From: Leucoraja erinacea
Lineage: Eukaryota
DNA length: 64,000 nucleotides
NCBI RefSeq assembly: GCF_028641065.1
Contig: NC_073395.1
Location: forward strand, 3,410,001 to 3,474,000
Direction: 5' to 3'
Position 1 is the first letter of the stretch. Each line of letters begins with the position of its first letter. The notes beneath the pieces are model-generated. The model saw only the letters and a program-made list of their open reading frames with translations. It did no database searches and was not told the DNA's origin. The position numbers and the translations under genes are program-made. Below are positions 20,407-32,400 of the stretch, piece after piece.

Positions 20407-23400
20407 CTGTGGGGTGGGAAACATTATTAGTCATTGGAAGGTCTTCACCCAAATTCAAATTACAATTTTGCAAGCACCAGCAGGTTAATTTTAAACAACA
20501 AACTCAAGCAACAATGCACATAAAGTGCTGGGACAGGCAACATAGGTGAAATTTCAGGTTGGGACAAAATGCTGGAGGAACCCAGCGGGACAGACAGCAT
20601 CTCTGGTTAGGAGGGTGACCTTTCAGGTCGGGACCCTTCTTCAGATTGACTGGAGTAGGTGAAGGGAGAAAGCTGGAAGAGAGCACTGGGGCCTGTCCCA
20701 ATGTACGAGCTAATTCAAGAGCTCTCCCTAGTTTAAAACAAAATCAAACTCATGGTAAGCACCTAGAATGTACGTAGCGGGTACGTCGGAGCTTGGGACG
20801 ACTCTTAGCGGCTCGTAACGCTAACGGCAGCTACCTGGGAAACGCGGTAAGCTCGGGAAGACTCGTGAAGATTTTTCAACATGTTGAAAAATGTCCACGA
20901 GAGCCCCGAGTACCTACGAGCGGCTATTACCGTAATTCTCAGAGTTCGAATCAGGAGAAACTCGGGAGAACTCTTGAAGTAGCTCGTACAGTGGGACAAC
21001 CCCATTAGGGTGGGACAAAGCCCGGTGAGTGATGGGTGGATACAGGTGACGGGGCTGATTGGCGGATGGTTGGACAAAGGCCACAGATGGAATGGCAATA
21101 GATGCGAGGTCGGGAGATGAGGAGATGTGGAATGTGAAGGTGGAATATGGGTGAAATGGGTGCACATCCAGGTGGGGCACAGGGAAGAGAGGTGGGGGGT
21201 GAGAGGGAGGATAGGGGGGTTGTGTTTGTAGGTTCGTTATCTAAAATTGGAAGATTCAACCCTCATACCGTTGCTATATGCGGTGCTGTTCCTCCAGTTT
21301 GCATGTGGCTTCACTCTGGCAATGGATGAGGCCCAGGACAGAAAGGCCAGTGTGGCAATGGGAAGGGCGAGTTAAAATGGTGAGCAACGGGGAGAACCAG
21401 CAGACCTTGGCGGACCCAGCGCGAGTATTCAGCGAAATGGTCACCTCGTTTAAGTTGCCAGTGGATGTTATGTTGGCATCTTATGTTAACATCACCGTCA
21501 CAGAATGGTTACAGGAATGAAGGCGGTTATTCAATCCTTACTGGCTCTCCGGAAGAGCCATCCAACTAGTCCCATTCTCCTCTCTCACCACCGCTCTGAA
21601 AATCCTTCTATTTCACATTCAAATGTTACAATTGAATCTACTGCAACTCCCCACCCTGACAGCTCATTGCACACCACGCCTGTTTACTATGTAACAGAAA
21701 CACATGATAAAGTGGATTACATGTCTTTTGTATAGCTGTGCTAAATCTTGTGTTGTTATGACCTCTGCATGCGTCCCCTCCTTGACTCTGGCTCATTTCC
21801 CCCGAGCCAGGTCCAGCACTGCCGCCTCTCCTCAGTAAATGAAAAGTAAAAGAAAAAAACAACTGATGTTTTAAATCTGAAAAACAAGTGCTGGAAACAG
21901 TCAGCAAGGAAGTGATGCCAAGCAGTTAACATTCCAGGCCTCTGTTCATCTTCTCTCCACGCTCCCCAGGCTGCTGAATGGTTACAACATTTCCATTTTG
22001 GTGCCATCTTCCTTGTCGGGCCAGAAACACATCTGTCAGTGACAGACTCCACATATGCTTTGTGGGATCTGTGGAATTCTTTGGAGAAGGCTCTCATCCC
22101 GAAAGGTCACCCATTCCTTCTCTCGAGAGATGCTGCCTGTCCCGCTGAGTTACTCCAGCCTTTTGTGTCTATCTGTGGAATTGTTAGCCACATCTACATC
22201 TGAATAATTGGAGCTTCCCCATTCTTACTACTCCATGGCCTTTGCCTCTGAAATCCTCCCCCAGCAAGTTTACCCCTCAACATCTTTCCCACTAGTTGGC
22301 AGGGTATAGAACAACCAATAGTGTATTTGTTCCTCTTTAGTTTCTTACTCCGAAACAAATACATTCTGTGCTTGGAGACAAGGAAATTGTGAGCAAATCA
22401 CAAGGTGCTGGAGTAACTCTGCGGGTCAGGCAGCATCTTTGGAGGACATAGATCACAGTGAATAACTCAGTTTCACAGAGTGCTGGAATAACTCAGCGGG
22501 TCAGGCAGCATCTGTGGAGAACATGGATAGGTGACGTTTCACAGAGAGCTGGAGAAACTCTGCGGGTCAGGCAGCATCTGTGGAGAACATGGATAGGTGA
22601 CCTTTCACAGAGTGCTGGAGTAACTCAGTGGGTCAGGCAGCATCTGTGGAGAACATGGATAGGTGACCTTTCACAGAGTGCTGGAGTAACTCAGCGGGAT
22701 CAGGCAGCATCTGTGCAGAACATAGATCGGTGATGTTTCACAGAGTGATGGAGGAACTCAGCGGGTCAGGCAGCATCTGTGGAGGACATGTTTCGGGTCG
22801 GGAGTATTTTAAGACTGATTGTAGCACGGGGAAGGAAGAAAGCTGGAAAAGGGATAGGGGGGGCATAGCTTGGATAGGTGAATATAGGTGAGGAGGGTAG
22901 ACAAAAGTGCTGGAGAAACTCAGCGGGTGCAGCAGCATCTATGGAGCAAAGGAAATAGGCAACGTTTCGGACCGAAACCCTTCTTCAGAGGAGGGTTCTA
23001 GGCGAGGAGGGCTTGGATTGGTAGATGGGTGGACAAGGCTGGAGATGAAAAGGAGACAAAAGGGCATCAGATAGAAGGAGAAGAGAGAAATGTAAAGCTA
23101 GATGGAGGAATGTAGATGGAAGGGGGTGGGGAAGAGGGGCAGGATAGTGTTGGAGGGGAGGGGACATAGCTTACAACTCAACGGTATGACTGTTGAATTC
23201 TCCAATTTTAAGTAACAGCCCCCTTCCCCCTCCCTTTCTCTTGTACTCCCTTGAATTGAGGTCATTGTTATTGCCAGAGCACTGCAGTACCATATGATTA
23301 ATTGCACCTGCAGGTTTTCCCAGCCTGGTTTAATGGGCTTTTCTGTTCAATACATGTACCACTAGCTTATCTGAGACCTTGCAACGGACTGTTCCAGCTG

Positions 23401-26400
23401 CTACGGTCAGGCAAGAGCCTCCGCTGTCACGCTGTGAAAACAGAGAGGATGACACGGAGTTTCTTCCCACAGGCAATCAGGACTGTGAACTCTTTTATCA
23501 CCAGGGACTAATCTACTGTTGTGTTGTGTCTTTTTTTTTTTAATTCTAATATGTAGATACTGATTCTGTTCTATTCATTTCTGTTGTTTTTGCACAATCC
23601 ACAGGCATTGCCATTTTCATTTCACTGCACATCTGGTATGTGTATGTGACAAATTACGTTGACTTGACTTGCACTTTCACTCTCCAGAAACATTACATTT
23701 CTTCTGAAAGTAGACAAAAAATGTTGGAGAAACTCATGAAGGACATCCGTCACCTACTCCTTCTCTCCATTGATGCTGCCTCACCCACTGAGTTTCTCCA
23801 GCATTTTTTGTCTACTTTCGATTTTTCCAGCATCTGAAGTTCCTTCTTCAACATTACTTCTTCTGACGTTAGTTATCTTTACCAATCATTTTTTTAAAAC
23901 AACTTTTGTAATCTTTTAAAAGATTCTCCTACATAGGCACGCTGGTCTCTACGGACGAGGTGGGGCGTAAGGCCAGTCTATGAAGGGATATTCCACATTC
24001 AGATCATTAACGTAAACTCTCTCTCGTCACTTGCAATCGTTGGATGGGAGTTTGAGCCTTGGTACTTACGATCATTGTCGTGAACAATCTGAAAGTTCTT
24101 GACAGATGCCTGCGTGACTCTCCCGTGGAAATTCAGCACGTAGGACTGAGTATCATCGTTCCAAACCGGCACCTTGTTATGCAGCTCGATTAGGTTTTCC
24201 ATATTCCTGTTCTGCCACATTAACAGTAAACTTTCATGTTCCTGGGGGGGGTCATGAAAGCAGATGTAACACTTACAGCCTCTCTTGAATTTAGAAAAGA
24301 CAAAGCAAAACGTGAAGAGTATTTTTAAACTTATTATTGTGTTGGTTTTCCTTACAATTAGGTCAAATTTAATGGGAACCAAGTTGAACGTTAAAATATG
24401 TTGTTATTCCATCTCTATTGGACATGCTATTTGATTGATATTTTGTTTTAAATGCGGCCGTCAGAACTATTTAGAACTATTGTTTAGTTTCGAGATACAG
24501 GGCGGAAACAGCCCTTTGGCCCACCGAGTCCGTGCCGACCAGCGATCCCCGCACACTTACACTATCCTACACACAATCGGGACAATTTACAGAAGCCAAT
24601 TAGTTTACAAACCTGTTTGCCTTTGGAGTGAGAGAGAGAGAGAGAGAGAGAGAAAACCAAAGAAAACCGACGCAGGTCATGGGGAGAAGGTACAAACTCC
24701 ATACAGTCAGGATTGTAACCGGGTCTCTGGCGCTGTAAGGCAGCGACTCTACCGCTGCGCCACCGTACCGCACAGAGCTCATTTAAAAAAACATTTAAAA
24801 AAACATTTGAACAGGTTTATTTTTCCATCCAGCATCGCTGATAGCCCATGCGCCCACAACTCGCAAAAGCCACATATTACGAACACATGCACCCTGCTAA
24901 ATTTAAAGACCTATTAATTTTGAAGACCTCTCTCATTTCCTACTGACTTACATTACGAGGTTTGATCGGGACTCGCTCATGATTCATGCTCATCCCTGGA
25001 ATGACAACCGTCATTTTCCGTGGGCCTTTAAACCCAAGGACATTGGTCTCCTGGAGAGACATAAATACCAGTTGGCACAGTCATAAATTATAACAATATT
25101 ATTGCACATAAATACCAAGTTCACATCACGGACACAGCACCTGTCAAATACAAGGTCAGCAAACTTGGTACCTTCATTCCCAGATTGGTTAGTTAATGTG
25201 TTTAAGAAGGAACTGCAGATGCTGGAAAATTGAAGGTATACAAAAAAGCTGGAGAAACTCAGCGGGTGCAGCAGCATCTATGAAGCGAAGGAAATAGGCA
25301 ACGTTTCGGGACGAAACCCTTCCGGGTTTCGGCCCGAAACGTTGCCTATTTCCTTCAGGGTTTCGGCCCGAAACGTTGCCTATTTCCTTCAGGGTTTTCG
25401 GCCCGAAACGTTGCCTATTTCCTTCGCTCCATAGATGCTGCTGCACCGGCTGAGTTTCTCCAGCATTTTTGTGCACCTTTGGTTAGTTAATGAGTTGGCC
25501 AGTGTCCACACTGGGGTAGAATGGGAATTTTTTGCTACTACTTGCCCCCATTGCAATGGCTCTTGCAAACTCCAAGCATCTGAGTATTTAAAATCTTGCA
25601 CAAAAATAATTCTATTCATTTAAAACAAAACTTTTAAAAAAAAGAGCCAAAAGCTAGCATGTCTGGCATGTGTATCATAGAAACATAGAAACATAGAAAT
25701 TAGGTGCAGGAGTAGGCCATTCAGCCCTTCGAGCCTGCACCGCCATTCAATATGATCATGGCTGATCATCCAACTCAGCATCCCGTACCTGCCTTCTCTC
25801 CATACCCCCCGATCCCCTTAGCCACAAGGGCCACATCTAACTCCGTCCTAAATATAGCCAATGAACTGTGGCCTCAACTACCCTCTGTGGCAGAGAGTTC
25901 CAGAGATCCATGGCGTGGCGTGGCATGGCGTATCGTGGCGTGGCAGGGATCATTTAAAGTGCAGTTCATATTTACCAAAACAAATTCTAAGGAATTGCTC
26001 GTCCAAGCTGTACAAGATCTACAGGATTCTTAAATACATTTATCATTACATAGGTCAGTTGTAACAGGCGGACTGAGTATCTAGAAGGCCAGCCAAAGTA
26101 ATCTTGCCATATTGTATACTGGTAAAATACCGTGTACTCACATAACAAATCGCAGCTAATTCTTGCCTGGTATTGGCTTCGTCAAGTAATCCAACTGCCT
26201 TAGCTGGATTGACGCCATTATCATAGATTGTAAACTTGGTTCCCATTAAATTTGACCTAATTGTAAAGAAAACCACACACTAATTAGCATCAATCGCAAC
26301 ACGTATTCTCTGAATCCCAAATGACTCTTCAGTACACTCCCACTTACTCAGCAGAACCTCAAAGACACATTTGATTTTAAGAGTGCGATTCATTTTTGAT

Positions 26401-29400
26401 AAACAGTGCGTTGTCCTGTTGTCATTACAGTCTGTAGTGCAGACTCTCATCCTCAGGCAATAATGGTACACAAAATGCTGGAGTAACTCAGCTGGGCAGG
26501 CAGCATCTCTGGAGAGGAATGGGTGACATTTCGGGTCGAGACCCTTCTTCAGGCAATAATGTTTAGTTTTACCTACTGCATCTACTAATAGCAAACACAG
26601 ATAATAGTCAAGGTTCCACCACCGGGTGGCACCAGCAATGGCTGCCTCGCCAATAGTCTGTCTGTCCCTTCCTTCATTGTTGTTTTAATAGTATGTGTTA
26701 AATGTATGCTTTTAGTGTTCTTTAGCTTGTTTTATGTGGGGGGTGTGATGGAGTGGGGGTGGGGGTTGAGGGAAACCTTTTTAATCTCTTACCTCGACGG
26801 AGATGTGCCTTTTTTCCATATCGTATCTCCGTCCACACTGCAGCCTAACATCAAGGAGTTGGGGGTCTTTGCTCCATAAATGGATGGATTTGGGAGCACC
26901 AACCGCGGGAAACCTGCGGGACTGAACATCGCAGAGCTCGCCATCCCTTTACCAGTGAACGACCTCTGTGCTCCAACCACGGGGGCCGGCGGGCTTTAAC
27001 ATCGTGGAGCTCGTGGTCTCTGGTCAGAGACCGACTTCGGGAGTTCCAAGCCGCAAGAGCTTCGATCGCCACGACGCGGGGGCTTCCATCGCCCCAAATG
27101 CAGATGGTTCAACTACCCCGCAACCGTGGGAGAATAAAGAGGAAAAAGATTGGACTTTATTGCCTTCCATCACAGTGAGGAATGTGGGGAATCCGCTGTG
27201 GTGGATGTTTATGTTAACTTTTATGTAGTTGTGTCTTGTTGCTTTTTCTTTAGTATGGCTGTATGTTAGTTTGCATGTCACTGTACCTTAATTGGCACAC
27301 GTGACAATAAAAGACCTTTGAAACCTTTGAGGTTCAGGAAGAGAACCACTTCTAGATCGAGTCCAGGAGAATGAGAACATTACAGCACGGGACCATTCTA
27401 ATTGTTTGCAAGAATAATCCATTTCTCGGCATGTTTCCCACAGGAATAATTTATTTTTGATTCCAATTCCTTTTAGCATGTCACCATTGAAACAGTTTCA
27501 ACCACCCTTTTAGGCAACGAATTCCAGATCATAAACTCTGGCAACGGGATTTTTTTTTTGTCACCTTTAGTTCATTTGCCATTCACCTTTAAGCCCAGTC
27601 CTCAGATTATCAATCCTTATATCAATGAAAACAGTTTCACTTTGTCTGAATTTTGAACGCTTCTTGCAACTCACATTGTAAATGTTTCTATTCTGAGGAA
27701 ACTGTTCAAGCCTTTGCAGTCCATCCATTTAGCCAACGCCTCTTATCCCTAGAACAATTGCAGTACATCTTTCTGTGGACACTCCAAGGTTACGGCACCC
27801 TAGACCTGTTTGGGTGTATATGTACTACACTGATATTTGTAACACATGGGATGTCTAATGAAGAAAGACCAGTTAGGCAATTAGCAAATTAAATAGAGGG
27901 ACTTAACTGAAAGATCCAAGATCCTGAGTGATTTTAACAAGGTGGATGTAGCAAGGACATTTATTCTTGTGGAAGAATCTAAATCTTGGGGTCACTGTTT
28001 GAAAATAAGCATTTGCTTATTTAAGACAGAGATGAAATAATTTATTTTGGCAAAAAGTTGGTGGTCTGTGGAATTCTCATTTGCAGTGAGGGGAGTGAAA
28101 GTAGTGGCTCTAAATATCTGGTCACTCAGCATGGAAACAGACCCTTCGGCCCAAATTGTCCATGCCAACCAAGATGCCCCAACTAAGCTGGCCAGCGCCT
28201 AGTCTAAACCTGAAACGTCACCTATCCATTCCCTCCACAGAAGGTGCATGGCCCTTCTTGCACTTTGGCTTTAGCTCAATATCATATGTACTGAACTATA
28301 TAAATATATAGTACATACCACCAACTCATCCAAATGCACCTACCTTAATTTCCCTATGTAGCTCTCAGCTTCCCGCGATAAGTCGGTTGCATCAACCGAT
28401 ATTAAATAATTGGACGTTTTGCTTTTTTTTCTTTTTCTTCCAGCTAATAAAAACACCTGTGAAAAAAAAAGCATATTTAGAACTGTGTGCTTATCATAGT
28501 CAATCTCCTCACTTTAACTGGCTTCAGTTTCCAGCAAAATAATCATTTTCCTCTTTCAAGAGGATTGGGTTATTTGATCAAATGGTGACTCAGTGCTGCA
28601 AGATGCAGCCTTACATACTAATGGCATAGAGTCTCAGATGTTTCCAACACAGTCACATCCCTTCACATCCTGGGTAGCTGGGAGAGTTCACAAGTCTGTC
28701 AGATGCAGAATGAAGCTTTCTCTCTCTCTATACACTGCCAGATGACAGCATTAAGCATCTGTGACAGCGCGCAAATACTGGGCTGAAAACATACTCATCT
28801 ACAACAGCATATTGCAGCACAGAAACAGGCCCCTCTGCCCGTGCCGAACAAAATGTTTCATCTACACGAGTCCCACCTGCCTGCGTTTGGCCCATATCCC
28901 TCTAAACCTGTTTATCCATGTATACCTATACAAGTGTCTTTTATATGTTACATAACTGCCTCAACTACCTCCTCTGGCAGCACGTTCCTTATACCCATTT
29001 TGTATTTGATTTATCCTAATTGCTACCTTCCCAAACACATGCAAAGCAATATGCCTGCCATGTAAAGTCCAATTCATAATGAATTTGATTGTTCCATCTA
29101 GGACATATGACAATAAAACATTCTTGACTTGGATGCAGACTCTGCATCCAAGAGTCAAGAGTGTTTTATTCAAGGCTTATCCCTTTTAACTTGCACCTTA
29201 AACTTAGTTCTATTGGCAACACAATTGAACCTTGCACCAAGATGCCATGTTTGTAGATAATGTGTGGACAGATTACAGTGTTAACTTCTCTCTATGTAGA
29301 AAGGGAACCAGCCAGTCACAGCGGGACTAGTGGAACTGATTGAAAGATGCTGTGAAGACTGTTGGAGCTGCTGGATAATCACTGTGTGTTTTGCTTCCAG

Positions 29401-32400
29401 GGTGGCCTCACCTTCTTGCCATCGTCCCGCTCGAGGTGCATGAAGTAGGTTGGGTACAGACCACGGTCCACTCCCTTCTTGTCCCGGGTGATCCTGCACT
29501 GGATCGTTATTCCCCGGGGGGCAGGTCTTAGTGCAAATTCCTCCAAGTTGTCCACATCCAAGTTTAAGCCAGATCCAGGAGAAGGGAGAGTGGCAGCAGT
29601 TGGTTCCTGCAAACCATGAGGGAAGACCTCAATGTTGTATACATTAACTCACCCATGTCTGCCTGGAATTGTATGCCAATATAAGAGCCAATAGACAATA
29701 GGTGCAGGAGTAGGCCATTTGGCCCTTCGAGCCAGCACCGCCATTCAATGTGATCATAGCTGAATATCCCCAATCAGTAATCCGTTCCTGCCTTCTCCCC
29801 ATATCCCCTGACTCTGTTGCCATTGCAACAGCCAGGGAAATGCCTAGTTCGTTGTCTAAAAGTCAAAAGGACATGTGAGAGGAGTAGAATTAGGCAAGTT
29901 GACCCATCCAGTCTACTCTGCTATTCAATCATGGCTGATCTATCTCTCCCTCCTAACCCCATTCTCCTGCCTTCTCCCCATAACCTCTGATACCCGTACT
30001 AATCAAGAATTTATCAATCTCTGCCTTAATAATATATGCTCTTGGCCTCCACAGCCGTCCGTGGCAAAGAATTCCACAGATTCGCCACCCTCTGACTAAA
30101 TACATTTCTCCTCGTCTCCTTCCTAAAAGTAATTGAATCAACAAAACCTCCATCTAAAGTGGAATTCATCTCTCACCTTGATGGACTGTTTACTGCTGGC
30201 AGACGAGGGCCTGACGTTTTCATAACTCTGAGAGCCCGAAGTATTATCATTCTCCCCTTCATCGTCTTCTTCGAAGTTCATGCTTCCAGAGATTCCTAAA
30301 TGGGAAACAAAACACAAATCAACAGTTAAATATTTAATTGTGTTAAATAAAGGCCTGCTGCGCAAAATAAAATACATATGATATAGATCATCATGACCCT
30401 GCAATGCTTTTGTTCAAGAGACACTAAATTGCTTGAGGCTTGTCCAAGTTAGATACAAAATGCTAGAGTAACTCAGCAGGACAGGCAGCGTCTCTGGATA
30501 GAAAGAATGGGTGACGTTTCAGGTCGAGACCCTTCTTTAGACTGCATCAGGAGAGAGGGAGATATAGAGATAAGGAAATGTTCTGACACTTGTTTGATGT
30601 ATTGACAAACACACGCCAGGAACGGAGGGCGATACACCACATGCAGGTAGTTGGCAGTTAAAATTGGCATCATAACGGCACAGGCTTCGTGAGCTAAAAT
30701 GCCTTCTCAAGTGGTATCCATTTACATGTTTACATTAAAAATAACAATTTATTTTAGCACATTATTCCTCCTTTGCTTTTTCAGATTTGCTTCCTTAAAC
30801 CACTCCGTAATTTCATACTTTAGATCCAAGAGCATAACTAGGCATTATTTTCTTTTCTTCAATAATGCATATTCCAACACAAACCATTCTTTCTGTGACT
30901 GCAGCCAATCGCTTCAGTAAACTGATCCACAGAGTTTGGCCTGCATGAGGGATGTGGATAGGTGGGGCAGGAATGTGTTAAATGGACCATAATGTAAGAA
31001 ACTGGGAAATTCTCGTCCTGAAAGGTAAGACATTACAGAGCTGTATGTTGCAGAGGGATGTGGTTTGACATGCAGTTACAACAAGCAATGGGGAAAGTTG
31101 TCAGAAGATTGAGGGAAAGATACAGCATGGAAACAGGCCCTTCAGCCCATTGTGTCCATTCTCACCCGTGCACACTAGTTCTACGTTATCCCACTTTCTC
31201 ATCCACTCCCGACACACTATAGGACAATTTGCAGAGGCCAATTAACCTACAAACCTGCACATCTTAGGGAATTGGGAGGAAACCGGAGCACCCGGTGGAA
31301 ACCCACATGGTCATAGGGAGTACGTGCAAACTCCACATAGACAGTACCCTGGGTCAGGATCAAACCTGGTTCTCTGGCACTGAGGGCAACAGCTCTGCCA
31401 GCTGCACCAGTGATTATCATTTATTATTAAGGGAATAAAATGCAAAAATCAGATGCATTTAATCAGAACCTGATCCGGAACTGAACTGTTCGATGTAGCA
31501 GCAAGGAATCTTCTTCCCTACCTCTTTGTTCCATTATTTCTTGGATTTCTGTTTTTGTTGTAGGTTCCAAAAGTGCTTCAACATCATGACTTGCTGACAT
31601 TGAATCACCAACAGAAAGGGTTTGGAGTCTGTTGCCAACATCGTGCACATCATTGTTCATTAAGAATCCTGGCCCATCAATATCTGCAGGGGTGGAAGCA
31701 ATCTTATGTTAGTGTGACGTAATAATGTTTAACACTTGTTCTATAATAATTCGACACCTCCACAGTGCTTATTGAGGCTTTTTGCATGATACGCCATTAA
31801 AAACCATCCAGCTTACTTACAAGTGCACTCCAAAATCAATGAACATAAAGTTCCTGCGACTTGCTTGTTAGAAAAGTGATCAAGTAACTCAGTTACACCC
31901 CAGCAGTATGAACAGTGACTTCTCCAATTTCAGGTAGTCCTTGCTTTCTCCCTCCTTCCCCTCCCTTTCCCAGCTCTCCCACAGCCTACTGTCTCCACCT
32001 TTTCCTTTCTTTTTCCTGTCACACACCCCCCCCCCCCATCAGTCTGAAGAAAGATCTCGACCTGAAACGTCACCTACTCCTTCGCTCCATAGATGCTACC
32101 GCACCCGCTGAGTTTCTCCAGCATTTTTGTCTACCTTCAAGTAACATATGCCAGAAGTGATACAACTGAATAGCTGTAGAAACAAGGAACTGCAGATGCT
32201 GGTTTACCAAGGAAAGACAAAAAATGCGGGAGTAACTCTGCGGGTCATGCAGCATAACCTGGAGAACATGGATAGATGATGTTTCAGGTTGACAGGAAGT
32301 GTCCCGACCCAAAACATCACCTATTCATGTTCTCCAGGGTTGCTGCCTGACCCACTGAGTTACTCCAGCATTTTGTGTCATTCCTTGAACAGCTGTAGAT

